Assembly: GCF_963921235.1 (NCBI RefSeq)
Contig: NC_086108.1
Coordinates: 87,980,001-88,044,000 of the forward strand
Direction: 5' to 3'
DNA: 64,000 nucleotides
Source of the DNA: Mobula hypostoma
Lineage: Eukaryota
Positions within the stretch are counted from its first letter, which is position 1; every line of letters starts with the position of its first letter. The translations under genes and the position numbers were made by a program. Below, in pieces: positions 37,501 through 51,137 of this stretch. The notes beneath the pieces are model-generated. The model saw only the letters and a program-made list of their open reading frames with translations. It had not been told where the DNA came from and did no database searches.

Positions 37501-38525
37501 CAATGGATTCCGGTTAATTGGGACATCTCGGGACCCGTACAGTTTGGCCCAATTAAGCGGCTGCCCCAGTTAGCTGAAGTTTCATGGAAGTAGCTAAAAG
37601 GGTATAAAAAAGACAAACTACCATTTAACTGAGTAACAAATTATGTATTTAAATGAAATAGAGAACAAATTAGAACACTATCATTACTACTACATTACTA
37701 TAAAACTGTGTATTATTTCCTAATTGTTATCGACGTAGGAATTAACCCAGTACACACTGCTGTGTTCTATTGATTGACTGTAAATGAATAAAATCAGCAC
37801 AGACACCTAGTGTAGAAAACGGACTGTTTTCGTACAATGCTATTGATGATTGCATCCTCCAAATCTTCATTTTCATTGTAACATTCAAGAAGATTCAAAG
37901 ATTCAAGGTATGTATGCAGTATACAGCCCTGAGATTCATCTCCAGAGACAGCCACAAAACAAAGAAAACCATGGAACCAGTTCAAAGAAAAATATCAACC
38001 ACCCACACACCAAAAAAACCAATCGTGCAAATGGCAACATGAAAGAATGAGCAAAAACACAGAATATAAAACATAAAATCAAAAGAGTACATATTCAGTT
38101 CAGCTCAGTATTCATTACAGTATCTGCAGGCTTCCTCGATTCAATGTCACACAAAATAGCTACACAAAAAGCAACCAGAATCTACAGTCTAATCCACAAC
38201 TTGCAGACCGAGAACTTCAGTACTATCTTCTGAAGGCATTGAGAAAGAGAGAGGAAGAATACATTCAAATTCTTCATAGTTGCTAACTTGTTGAAGTAGT
38301 GAAGTCATTTCATTTTCACTCCCGGCCGTTTCTGCAGCAAGCAAAACAGTTCTGAATTGCCTTACTGCTTACTTCTTTTTTGTGTGAACACAAGCACAGA
38401 AAACTGACACTGTTTAAAAACTGTTCACACTAAGTATGGCGTAGTGTCTCACGGTCAGACACTAATTCGAAAGTGTTTGGCAACAATCTTTAGCCCCAAT
38501 TAAGCAGCCCAAATAAACGAAGGGA
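37501..38525. mobile_element. Tigger/pogo-like DNA transposon remnant with an internal LINE-tail insertion
   Basis: ta-caatggattccggttaattggg start and a cccaattaag-like end. Confidence 0.5.
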
Positions 38526-38529
38526 AACT

Positions 38530-39125
38530 TGGAGGAACTCAGCAGGTCAGGCAGCAGCTATAGAAAAGAGTACAGTCGATATTTTGGGCCAAGACTCTTC
38601 ATCAAGACTGGAAAAAAAGATGAGGAGTCAGAGTAAGAAAGTGCAGGGAGGGGAGGAAGAACCACAAGGTGATAGGTGAAACAGGGAAGGGGTGAAGTTA
38701 AGGGCTGGGAAGTTGATTGGTGAAAGAGATACAGGACTGGAGAAGGGGGAATCTGATAGGAAAGGACAGAAGGCCATGGAAGAAAGAAAAGGAGGAGGAG
38801 CACCAGAGGGAGGGAATAGGCAGATAAGGAGATAAGATGAGAGAGGGGAATGGGAATGGGAAATGGTGAAAGGTGGGGAGCATTACCAGAAGTTTGAGAA
38901 ATCAATGTTCATGCCATCAGTTTGGAGGCTACCCAGATGGAATACAAGATGTTGGTCCTCCAACCTGATTGTGACAGTGGAGGAGGCCATAGACTGACAT
39001 GTTGGAATGGAATTAAAATGGGTAGCCACTGGGAGATCCTGCTTTTTCTGGTGGACGGAGCATAAGACAAGACCGTTTTGCTGAGCATCTATGCTCCATC
39101 CGCCAGAAGACCACTTCGCCGAGCC
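38530..39125 (-). mobile_element. Penelope-like element 3' part
   Basis: KKQDLPVATHFNS...RLEDQHLVFHLGSLQTDGMNIDFSNF and a degenerate hammerhead. Confidence 0.75.
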
Positions 39126-40127
39126 CCTAAATAAGCAGTGCAAAACGCTAAAAAAAATGTTGAAGCAGTGTTCATGGGTTGGTTTATTGTCATTTCAGAA
39201 ATCTGATAGCAGAAGGGGAAGAATCTGTTCCTAAAACCTTGAGTGTGTCTCTTCACGTTCCTGAACCTCCTCTCTCATTGTAGCAATCAGAAGATGTCAT
39301 ATCCTCGATGATGGGGCTCCTTAATGATGGATGCTGCCTTTTTGAGGCATTGCCCTTTGACGATGTCTTTGATGCAGGGAAGCCTGGTGCCCATGATGGA
39401 GCTGGCTGAGTTTGCAACCCTCTGTGGCTTTTTCCAGTCCTGTGCAGTGGCCCCTCCATACCAGACAGTGACACAAACAGTTAGAACACTCTCTACGGTA
39501 CATCTGTAGAAATTGCCGAGTGTCTTTGGTGACATACAAAATCTTCAAACTCCTAATGAAATATAGCTGAAGACATGCCTTCTTTGTAATTGTATCATTC
39601 TGTTGGGCTCCGCATAGATTTTTGGGGATGTTGATATCCATGAACTTGAAATTGCTCATCCTTTCCAGTGCCAATCCTTTGGTGCATTGACATTTTCAAG
39701 GTGAAACAAAAGGAATGCAGAATAAAGTGTTATAATTACAGAGAAAGTGAAATACAGGTCGACAATGGGATGAGTGGTCATAGTGAGGTAGATTGTGAGG
39801 TCAAGAATCCATCTTATCATACTATGGAGCTGCTCCGTGGTCTTATAATATTGGGTTACAATCTGTCCTTGAGCAGGACGGTATGTACTTTCAGACTTTT
39901 GCATCTTCTGCCCAGTGTGGGGGGTGGGGGAGGTAGGGAGAGGGGAAGAGGAAAGAGAATGGTGTGTGTGCGGTTTTTGATTACAATGGTTGCTTTACCG
40001 AGGCAGCGAGAAGCTTTGGCAGAGTCCATGGAGGGAGTCTAGCCTCCCTGATGGATTGAGCCCTGAGCCTGTCCTACTAATGGTTTCTGAGTTCACCACC
40101 CCCTCTAGCAGTGAGTTCTAGATATCA

Positions 40128-40264
40128 TAAACACGAGAAGGTCTGCAAATGCTGGAAATCCAAGGCAACACACACAAAATGGTGGAGGAAATCAACAGGC
40201 CAGGCAGCATCTATGGAAAAGCGTAAAGAGTCGACATTTTAGGATGAAAACCTTCACCAGGACT
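40128..40264 (-). mobile_element. Short single-arm Penelope end
   Basis: Exact 13-bp TSD gttctagatatca. Confidence 0.75.
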
Positions 40265-40364
40265 GTTCTAGATATCAACCAATATTTGAGTAAAGAAATT
40301 TCCTCTCTATAATTGGCTGGTCTTGCCAATAAACACCAGTTTAACACTGCCCTCTGGGAAACAT

Positions 40365-41334
40365 ACCTGTATATTCACTGTACACCCATGATTGTGCAGC
40401 CAAGTTTCCACTGAACTCAATATATAAGTTTGCTGATGACACCACAATTGTAGGCCGTATCTCAGGTAATGATGAGTTTGAGTACAGAGAGGAAATTAAG
40501 AACCTGATGGCATGGTGCAAGGACAATAACCTATCCCTCAACGTCAGCAAGACGAAGGAATTGGTTGTTGACTTCAGAAGGAGTAGCGAACCGCACGACC
40601 CAATTTACATCGGTGGTGCGCAAGTGGAACAGGTCAAAAGCTTTAAGTTCCTCGGGGTCAATGTCACAAATGACCTGACTTGGTCCAACCAAGCAGAGTC
40701 CACTGGCAAGAAGGCCCACCAGCGCCTTTACTTCCTGAGGAAACTAAAGAAATTTGGCCTGTCCCCTAAAACCCTCACTAATTTTTATAGATGCACCATA
40801 GAAAGCATTCTTCTAGGGTGCATCACAACCTGGTATGGAAGTTGTCCTGTCCAAGACCGGAAGAAGCTGCAGAAGATCGCGAACACAGCGCAGCACATCA
40901 CACAAACCAATCTTCCATCCTTGGACTCACTTTACACAGCACGCTGTCGGAGCAGTGCTGCCAAGATAATCAAGGACACGACCCACCCAGCCAACACACT
41001 TTTCGTCCCTTTTCCTTCCGGGAGAAGGCTCAGGAGCTTGAAGACTCATATGGCCAGATTTGGGAACAGCTTCTTTCCAACTGTGATAAGACTGCTGAAC
41101 GGATCCTGACCCGGATCTGGGCCGTTCCCTCCAAATATCCGGACCTGCATCTCGGTTTATTTTGCACTACCTTACTTTCCATTTTTCTATTTTCTATTTA
41201 TGATTTATAATTTAAATTTTTAATATTTACTATCAACTTGTAATCCAGGGAGTGGGATGCGCAGAATCAAATATCGCTATGATGATTTTACGTTCTAGTA
41301 TCAATTGTTTGGCGACAATAAAGTATAAAGTATA
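40365..41334 (+). mobile_element. Rex1/Babar-like LINE, 5'-truncated, RT C-terminus open
   Basis: KFADDTTIVG...WCKDNNLSLNVSKTKELVVDFRR...QRLYFLRKLKKF, ending in an aataaagtataaagtata tail. Confidence 0.85.
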
Positions 41335-42026
41335 ATCTGTGAAGAGCAAAATGCTGTACTATTTTATGGAAAGGCAAATTGAGCGTAATTCTCTCAAGTA
41401 TTCTTGGTGTTACTTGGAATTCTGAAGTGTCTGTCCCTTTAAAAAGTAAGTATGGAGTTGATGCTTATCAGCAACTAGGCTAAGATAAAGTGCTGGTGGA
41501 AAAGGCCCCACAGCTCAACAACTGGAGGAAGGAAGCCATTAGGAAGCAGACCATGAATCTCCTAATTTGAACTGCAACTTGGTGTTGACAATTCATCTTG
41601 AAGGAGAGGGGAGGAACTTAATCACCCATTACAATTCTCTCCAGTTCTTACTTCTTATTCTGTCCTTTAACATTGTGCATCAGTTATTTCTAATTACAAT
41701 CCATAGATTACTTCTTGATGAGATTATACATGCACCTCCCTTTTTGTTAACTGTAAGTAGAAATAACTTTATGGTAACAATATTAGTTGCCTTTACATGG
41801 ATGGGAAACTAGAACAAATTAGCAGCCAAGATGAGAGATAGAAAATGCCAAGCGATGATCAGCATATAGAAACATAGAAAACTTACAGCACAATACAGGC
41901 CCTTCGGCCCACAAAGCTGTGACGAACACGTCCCTACCTTAGAAATTACTAGGCTTACCTATAGCCCCACACATAAAAGTTGCTGGTGAACACAGCAGGC
42001 CAGGCAGCATCTCTAGGAAGAGGTGC

Positions 42027-42062
42027 AGTCGACGTTTCAGGCCAAGACCCTTCGTCAGGACT
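42027..42062 (-). ncRNA. Minimal hammerhead ribozyme
   Basis: agtc-CTGACGA-agggtcttggcct-GAAA-c-GTC-gact. Confidence 0.7.
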
Positions 42063-42756
42063 AACTGAAGGAAGAGTGAGTAAGGGATTTGAAAGTTGGA
42101 GGGGGAGGGGGAGATCCAAAATGATAGGAGAAGACAGGAGGGGGAGGGATGGAGCCAAGAGCTGGACAGGTGATAGGCAAAAGGGATACGCGAGGATCAT
42201 GGGACAGGAGGTCCAGGAAGAAAGACGGGGGGTGGGGGACCCAGAGGATGGGCAAGGGGTATATTCAGAGGGACAGAGGGAGAAAAAGGAGAGTGAGAGA
42301 AAGAATGTGTGTATAAAAATAAGTAACAGATGGGGTACGAGGGGGAGGTGGGGCATTAGTGGAAGTTAGAGAAGTCGATGTTCATGCCATCAGGTTGGAG
42401 GGTACCCAGACGGGATATAAGGTGTTGTTCCTCCAACCTAAGAGTGGCTTCATCTTTAATGCCCCACCTCCCCCTCGTACCCCATCTGTTACTTATTTTT
42501 ATACACACATTCTTTCTCTCACTCTCCTTTTTCTCCCTCTGTCCCTCTGAATATACCCCTTGCCCATCTTCTGGGTCCCCCACCCCCACCTTGTCTTTCT
42601 TCCCGGACCTCCTGTCCCATGATCCTCTCATATCCCTTTTGCCAATCACCTGTCCAGCTCTTGGCTCCATCCCTCCCCCTCCTGTCTTCTCCTATCATTT
42701 TGGATCTCCCCCTCCCCCTCCAACTTTCAAATCCCTTACTCACTCTTCCTTCAGTT

Positions 42757-42792
42757 AGTCCTGACGAAGGGTCTCGGTCTGAAATGTCGACT
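42757..42792 (+). ncRNA. Minimal hammerhead ribozyme (variant)
   Basis: agtc-CTGACGA-agggtctcggtct-GAAA-t-GTC-gact. Confidence 0.6.
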
Positions 42793-45700
42793 GCACCTCT
42801 TCCTAGAGATGCTGCCTGGCCTGCTGCGTTCACCAGCAACTTTTATGTGTGTTGCTTGAATTTCCAGCATTTGCAGAATTCCTGTTGTTTACCTATAGCC
42901 CTCTATTTTTCTAAGCTCCATGTAGCCATCCAGGAGTCTCTTAAAAGACCCTATTGTTTCTGCCTCCACCACCACCGCTGGCAGCCCATTCCACTCACTC
43001 ACCACTCTTTGCGTAAAAAACTTACCCCTGACATCGCCTCTGTACCTACTTCTAAGCACCTTAAAACTGTGCTCTCTCATGCTAGCCATTTCAACCCTGG
43101 GGAAAAGCCTCTGACTATCCATGTGATCAATGCCTCTCATTATCTTGTACACCTCTATCAAGTCACCTCTCATCCTCCATCGCTCCAAGGAGAAAAGGCT
43201 GAGTTCACTCAACCGATTCTCATAAGGCATGCTCCCCAATCCAGGCAACATCCTTGTAAATCTCCTCTGCACCTTTTCCATGGTTTCCACATCCTTCCTG
43301 TAGTGAGGTGACCAGAATTGAGCACAGTACTCCAAGTGGGGTCTGACCAGGGTCCTATATAGCTGCAACATTACCTCTCAGCTCTTAAACTCAATCCCAT
43401 GATTGATGAAGACCAATGCACTGTACGCCTTCTTAACCACAGAGTCAACCTACGTAGCAGCTATGAGTGTCCTATAGGCTTGGACCCCAAGATCCCTCTT
43501 ATCCTCCACGCTGCCAAGAGTCTTACCATTAATACTATATTCTGCCATCATATTTGACCTAGCAAAATGAACCACCTCACTTTTCTCTGGATTGAACTCC
43601 ATCTGCCACTTCTCAGCCCCATTTTGCATCCTATCAACGTCCTGCTGTAACCTCTGACAGCTCTCCATACTATCCACAACACCTCCAACCTTTGTGTCAT
43701 CAGCAAATTTACTAACTCATCTCTCCACTTCCTCATCCAGGTCATTTATAAAATTCACAAAGGGTAGGGGCTCCAGAACAGATCCCTGAGGCACACCACT
43801 GGTCACCGGCCTCCATGCAGAATATGACCCGTCCACAGCCACTCTTTGCCTTCTGTGGGCAAGCCAGTTCTGGATCCACAAGGCAATGTCCCTTGGATCC
43901 CATACCTTCTTACTTTCTCAATCAGCCTTGCATGGGGTACCTTACCAAATGCCTTGCTAAAATCCATATTCACATATTCACTTCATCTACGGCTCTACCT
44001 TCATCTACAGCTCTACCTTCATCAATGTGCTTAGTCACATCCTCAAAAAACTCAATCAGGCTGGTAAGGCATGACCTGCCTTTGACAAAGCCATGCTGAC
44101 TACTCCTAATCATATTATGCCTCTCCAAATGTTCATAAATCCTGCCTCTCAGGATCTTCTCCATCAACTTACCAACCACTGACTAGCCTATAATTTCCTG
44201 GGCTATCCCTACTCACTTTCTTGAATAAGGCACCAACATCCACAACCCTCCAATCCTCTGGAACCTCTCCCGTCCTCATTGAGGATGCAAAGATCACTGC
44301 CAGAGGCTTAGCAATCTCCTCCCTCACTTCCCACAGTAGCCTGGGGTACATCCTGTCTGGTCCCGGTGACTTATCCAACTTGATGCTTTCCAAAAGCTCC
44401 AGCACATCCTCTTTCTTAATATCTACATTCTCAAGCTTTTCAGTCCACTGCAAGTCATCCCTACAATCGCCAAGATCCTATTCTGTAATGAATACTGAAG
44501 TATTCAGTAAGTTCCTCTGCAATTTCCTCGGTTCCATATACACTTTTCCATTGTCACACTTGATTGGTCCTATTCTCTCACCTCTTATCCTCTTGCTCTT
44601 CACATACTTGTAGAATGCCTTGGGTTTTCCTTAATCGTGTCCGCCAAGGCCTTCTCATGGCCCCTTCGGGCTCTCCTAACTTCATTCTTAAGCTCCTTAT
44701 AATCTTCTAGATTCATATCATTACCTAGTTTTTTGAACCTTTCATAAGCTCTTCTTTTCTTTTTGACTAGATTTACAACAGCCTTTGTGCACCATGGATC
44801 TTGTACTCTACCATCCTTTCCATGTCTCATTGGAACATAACTATTCAGAACCCCACACAAATATCCCCTGAACATTTGCCACATTTCTTTGGTATGTTTC
44901 CTTAAGAACATCTATTTCCAATTCATTCTTCCAAGTTTCTGCCTGATAGTCTCATAGTTCCCCTTACTCCAAGTACATGTTTCTGTAACTTGTCTGTTCC
45001 TATCCCTCTCCAATGCTATGATAAAGGAGGTAGAATTGTGATCACTATCTCCAAAATGCTCTCCCACTAAGTGATCCGACACCTGACCAGGTTCATTTCC
45101 CAATACCAGATCAAGTACAGACTCTCCTCTTGTAGGCTTATCTACATATTGTGTAAAGAAACCTTCCTGAACACACCTAACAAACACCACCCCATCTAAA
45201 CCCCTCTCTCTAGGGAGATGCCAATCAATATTTGGGAAATGAAAATCTCCCACCACAACAACCCTGCTATTATTATTCCTTTCCAGAATCCGTCTCCCTA
45301 TCTGCTCCTCGATGTCCCTGTTACTATTGGGTGGTCTACAAAAAGAACCCAGTAGAGTTATTGACCCCTTCCTGTTCCTAACCTCCACCCACAGGGACTC
45401 CGTAGACAACCTCTCCATGACTTCCTCCTTTTCTGCAGCCGTGACACTACCTCTGATGAACAGTGCCATGCCCCCACCTCTTTTAATATAATATACTGAG
45501 AGATCACATTTGTACCAGGGATGAAGGAACACAGTCCATTAGGAGAGATTTGTTTACATTGTGAGATGCATTAATTACTGGTGAAGCCGGCACTGATTGT
45601 CCATTCTAAATACCCTTAAGAAGGTGGTACTAAACTCGAAGTACTGTAGACCTTCTATTGTACTCCCATTGTACAATTGGGAGTGCCTTCAACAGATTTA

Positions 45701-48162
45701 GAGATCCAGACTTACACCAGGTGACAACGAAGGTCAAATTCCAAGTCAGGATGGTGTTCAACTTGGAGAGTAGATGGTGATGTTCCCATGTGTCTGCTGC
45801 CCTTGAGCCTTTTGGTGTTGGAACTTGAGGGCTTGGGAAGTGGGAGTAGTCTATGTTAGCGATTGCTTGCATTTTTTAGATGCTGCACACTATTTGTTAG
45901 TGCTGGAGAAAATGAACATTTAGTGTGGTGGGTGGGCTACTATCAAGTAGGCTGCATTGTCCTCGATCATAAGAAGCTTCCTGGAGCTGAAGATGCACCT
46001 ATTAGTGCCAATTAATTCCTCACTTTTCTGACTTGCGCCCAGAAGATGATAGAATGACTTTGGTGCATCATTAACTGAGGCACTTGCCACAGGATGACCA
46101 AAATCTGATTCTCTCTTGCAGTCATTACATTCATGTGGCAGGTCTAGCTGGGTTTTTAAATCACTGGTAAAAGCCTCTCCCAGGATCATGGGGGACTGGG
46201 TGACAGTGGTACAATTAGTTAGAATCTCCTGCTGGAGTTACCTGCCACTTTAGTGACATGAATATTATTTGCTATCAATCTGAACCTTTATATTATCTGC
46301 AGATGAACATACAAACATCCAAATTAGGACCAGGAATAGGCCACTCAGCCCTTCGAGCCTGTTCTACCATTAAATAAGTTTGTGGCTAATTGAATTCTAA
46401 TCTCAACTCTACATTCCCATTTATCCATGGTACTCGTCACCCCTACCAGCCTTTGCTTATCTAAAAACCTTGAATCTTGGCCTCAACAACATTCAGTCTT
46501 TGCTTCCACTACCCTTTGAAGAACAGAGCCTCAAAGTCTCACAACATTCTGAGAGAATGAAATGGCTGCCTAAATTGAGAAAATGTCTTGCAAGAGGAAA
46601 TTTCTTCTATATATTGAGGTTGTAGACCTTATGTTTCAATTAAGACCTCTTCTACTCTCCTAAGCTCCAGAGGATGTAAGTTTGAACATCGAACATTACA
46701 GCACAATACAGGCCTTTTGGCCCACGATGTTGTGCCGACCTTTTAAACTACTCTAAGATCAATCTAACCCTTCCCTCGCACATAGCCCTCCATTTTTCTA
46801 TCATCCATATTTGCTTGTCTAACCTCTCCTCATAAGGCAAACAATCAATCCAGATATTCATTTTAGTAAGCCTTATTTTAACTGATTTCAGTGCTTCAAC
46901 ATTCTTCCTTAAATAAGGGGACCAACACTGTACCACCACTCTGGGTGAGGTTATATTACTGCCCTACATAACTGAAGCTGAACTTCCACTCACTGGATTC
47001 TTTAAAATTGTTTTTCACACCATTCTCTGTAAACTCTAGAGACTGTTGTGCATGAAAATCCCTGGAGAACAGCAGTTTCTGAGATACTCAAACCACCCCA
47101 TTCAATTTCAACACACACTTTCTAAGATAAGGGGCCCACAATATTCCAAGTGAGGTCTCACCAATGCTTTATAAAGTCTCAACATTAAATCCTTGCTTTT
47201 ATATTCCAAGTGAGGTCACAATATTCCAAGTGAGGTCTCACCAATGCTTTATAAAGTCTCAACATTACATCCTTGCTTTTATATTGTAGTCCTCTTGAAA
47301 TGAATGCTAACATTGCATTTGCCTTCCTCACCATCAACTCAACCTACAAATTAACCTTTAAGGAATCCTGCACAAGGACTCCTAAATCCCGTTATAGCTC
47401 AGTTTTTAGTATTTTCTCTGCATTTAGAAAATAGTTAACCCTTTCATTTCGTTTCCCAAAATGCACAACCATAACACTTCCTGAAACAGTATTCCATCTG
47501 CCACTTCTTTGCCAATTCTCCTAATCTGTATAGGTCCTTCTGTAGCCTCTCTACTTCCTCAAAACTACCTGTCCGTCCACCTATCTTCACATAGTCTGCA
47601 AACTTTGCAACAAAGTCATCCTCCAAATCATTGACATATAATGTAAAAAGAATCGATCCCAACACAGACCCCTGTGGAATACTATTATCATTGGCAGCCA
47701 ATCAGAAAAGGCTCCCTTTATTCCCACTCTTTGCCTCCTGCCAATCAGCCACTGCTTTATCCATACTACAATCTTTCCTGTAATACCATGGGCTCCTAGC
47801 TTGTTAAGCAGCCTCACGAGTGGCACCTTGTCAAAGGCCTTCTGCATCCAAGTACACATCAACCGATTCTCCTTTGTATATCCTGCTTGCTATATCTTCA
47901 AAGAACTCCACCAGATTTGTCAGGCAAGACTTTCCCTTGAGGAAACCACGCTGACTATAGCCTATTTTATCAAATGCCTCCAGGTCTCAGTATTTTATCA
48001 TGAGACCTCATCCTTATATAATTGACTCCAACATCTTCCCAATCACTGAGGTCAGACTAACCGGCTTATAGTTCCCTTTCTTCTGCCTCTCTCCCTGCTT
48101 GAAGAGTGGAGTGACATTTGCAATTTTCCAGTCTTCCAGAACCATTCCAAAATCTAATCAGA

Positions 48163-48645
48163 AACAAGAGAAAATCTGCAAATGCTGGAAATCTGAGTAA
48201 CATACACAGCATGCTGGAGGAACGCAGGTCAGGTAGCATCTGTAGAAAAAAGTACAGTCGACATTTCGGGCCGAAACCCTTCGGCAGGACTGGAGAAATA
48301 AAGCTGAGGAGTAGATTTAAAAGGTGGGGGGAGGGGGTAGACAGAAACATCAGGTGATAGGTGAAACCTGGAAGTGGGGGGGGGGGGGGAGATGAAGTAA
48401 AGAGCTGGGAAGTTGATTGGTGAAAGAAACAGAAGGCCATGGAAGAAAGAAAAAGGGGGGAGGAGATGGGTGGGCAAGCAGATAAGGTGGGGGGGGAAAG
48501 GGGATGGGAAACGGCAAATGGAGGTGGGGTTGGTGGGGGTCATTACTGGAAATTTGAGAAATCGATGTTCATGCCATCAGGTTGGATGCTCCCCAAACAG
48601 ATTACAAGGTGCTGTTCCTGCAACCAAAGTGTGGCCTCATCATGA
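48163..48645 (-). mobile_element. Penelope-like 3' part nested in CR1
   Basis: Family terminal sequence with a hammerhead variant CTGCCGA...GAAA at 48255-48291. Confidence 0.75.
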
Positions 48646-50367
48646 ATAATCATTACTAATCATTACTAATACCTCCATAATCTCTTCAGCCACCTCTTTC
48701 AGAACCCTGGGGTGTACACTATCTGGTCCAGGTGACTTATCTACCTTCAGACCTTTCAGTTTCCAAAGAACTCTCTCTCTAGTGATGTCAACTTCACACA
48801 CTTCATGACCTCTGACACCTGGAACTCCCATCATACTGCTAGTGTCTTCCACAGTGAAGACTGATGCAAAATATTTATTCAGTACATCTGCCATTTCTTT
48901 GTCCTTATTATTAACTCTCCAGCATCATTTTCCAGCAGTCCAATATCCACTCTCACCTCCCTTTAACTCTTTCTGTATTTGAAAAAACTCTTGGTATCCT
49001 CTTTAATATTATTGGCTATGTGACTTTCATATCCCATCTTTAACTTCTTAATGACTTTTTTAGTTGCCTTCTGCTGGTTTTTAAAATCCTCCTAATCGTC
49101 TAACTTCCACTAATTGTCACTCTACTACATGCCCTCCCTTTGGTCTTTATGCTGGCTTTGACTTCTCTTGTTAGACATGGTTATGTCATCTTGCCTTTAG
49201 AATACTTCTTCCTCTTGGGATGTATATATCCTGTGCCTTCCAAATTGCTTCCGGCCATCATCTCTGCCAGTGTTCTTTTCCAAACGGTTCTAGCCAGCTC
49301 CTCTCTCATGTCTCTGTAATTCCCTTTACTTCTCTGTAATACTGATACATCTGACTTCAGTGTTTCCTTCTCAAATTTCATGGTGGATTCAGTCATATCA
49401 TGATCACCTTCCCCTCAGGGTTCTTTTACCTTGAGCTCTCTAATAAATTCTGGTTTATTGCACAACACCCAATCTTGAATATCTGATCCCCTAGTGGCCT
49501 CAACCATGCTTTAAGTAGTCATATCATAGGCACTCTAGAAATTCACCCTCCTGTAATCCAGGACCTGATTTTCCCAATCGACCTGCATATTGAAATCTCT
49601 CATGACTATTGTAATATTGCCCTTTTGGCATGCATTTTCTACCTCCTGTTATAATTTGTTGACCATATCCTTACTACTGTTTAGGAGTCTGTATACAACT
49701 CCCATCAGGGTCTTTTTACTCATGTAGTTCCTTAACTCTATCCACAATGATTCAACACCTTCTTACCCAATGTCACCTCTTTCTAGTGACTTGATTTCAT
49801 TTTTTTTTTAACCAACAGAGCAATACCACTCTCTTTGCTTCCAAGCCTGCCCTTTCAATACAATGTGTGTTCTCGGAAATTAAGCTTCCAGCTATAACGT
49901 TTCAGGCATGATTCAGTGATGCCTACAACATCATACCTGCCAATTGGCAACTGTGCTACAAGTTCATTTACGTTATTCTGTATACTGCGTGGATTCAAAT
50001 ATAACACCTTCAGTCCTGTATTCATCCTTTTTGATCTTGCCCACCTTTTGTGTTGCAACTCATCCTGTTGACTGCAATTTTACCCTATCAGCATCCTCCC
50101 TTCACTACATATTGCCTTTGTTTGTAAACCAGCTACCTCATCTTCAGCACTATCATTCACTTTTCCTATGATACTTCTTGCACCGAAGTATACACGGCTC
50201 AGGACACTAGTCGAAACTGTGCTCAACCTTTTGATTCCTAACTATGTCTGAGGTCTTACCAACTTCTGCCTCCACAAGTTCACCACTAACTGTTCTACCA
50301 CTCTGGTTCCCACCCCCCTGCAACCCTAGTTTAAACCCCACTGTGCAGCATTAACAAGTCTTCCTAC

Positions 50368-51137
50368 TATACTTTATACATTATTGTCGCCAAACAATTG
50401 ATACTAGAACATACAATCATCACAGCGATATTTGATTCTGTGCTTCCCGCTCCCTGGATTACAAATATTAAATACTAAAAATAGTAAAAATTAGTAAATA
50501 TTAAAAATTTAAATTATGAATCATAAATAGAAAATAGAAAAATGGAAAGTAAGGTAGTGCAAAAAAAAACCGAGAGGCAGGTCCAGCTATTTGGAGGGAA
50601 CGGCCCAGATCCGGGTCAGAATCCATTCAGCAGTCTTATCACAGTTGGAAAGAAACTGTTCCTAAATCTGGCCGTACGAGTCTTCAAGTTCGTGAGCCTT
50701 CTCCCAGAGGGAAGAGGGACGAAAAGTGTGTTGGCTGGGTGGGTCGTGTCCTTGATTATCCTGGCAGCACTGCTCCGACAGTGTGCGGTGTAAAGTGAGT
50801 CCAAGGACGGAAGATTGGTTTGTGTGATGTACTGCGCCGTGTTCATGATCTTCTGCAGCTTCTTCCGGTCTTGGACAGGACAACTTCCATACCAGGTTGT
50901 GATGCACCCTAGAAGAATGCTTTCTACGGTGCATCTATAAAAATTAGTGAGGGTTTTAGGGACAGGCCAATTTTCTTTAGTTTTCTCAGGAAGTAAAGGC
51001 GCTGGTGGGCCTTCTTGGCAGTGAACTCTGCTTGGTTGGACCAAGTCAGGTCATTTGTGACATTGACCCCGAGGAACTTAAAGCTTTTGACCTGTTCCAC
51101 TTGCACACCACCGATGTAAATTGGGTCGTGCGGTCCC
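50368..51137 (-). mobile_element. Rex1/Babar-like LINE 3' fragment
   Basis: Closely similar to 40590-41334 in the opposite orientation. Confidence 0.85.

Larger units (their letters stand above)
41968..42888. mobile_element. Palindromic Penelope-like insertion (arms of about 390 bp)
   Basis: Arms at about 41968-42358 and 42457-42851; exact 13-bp TSD ttacctatagccc. Confidence 0.88.
41866..45485 (-). mobile_element. CR1 LINE ORF2 (endonuclease and RT), frameshifted, with a Penelope palindrome in its 3' end
   Basis: GGGMALF...RPPNS...VGDF.FPNIDW...LDLVL...GDSDH; KSPGPD; QHGFVKGRSCLT; LYRTLVRPHLEYC; (tttctatg)n tail. Confidence 0.92.

Noticed and set aside
42619..43311. 230-aa plus-strand ORF
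   Set aside because: It is a chance read-through from a Penelope arm into antisense CR1.
47137..47285. Tandem duplication with an 80-bp period, superficially array-like
   Set aside because: It is a local duplication inside a CR1 copy with no unique spacers, and the context is eukaryotic, so it is not CRISPR.
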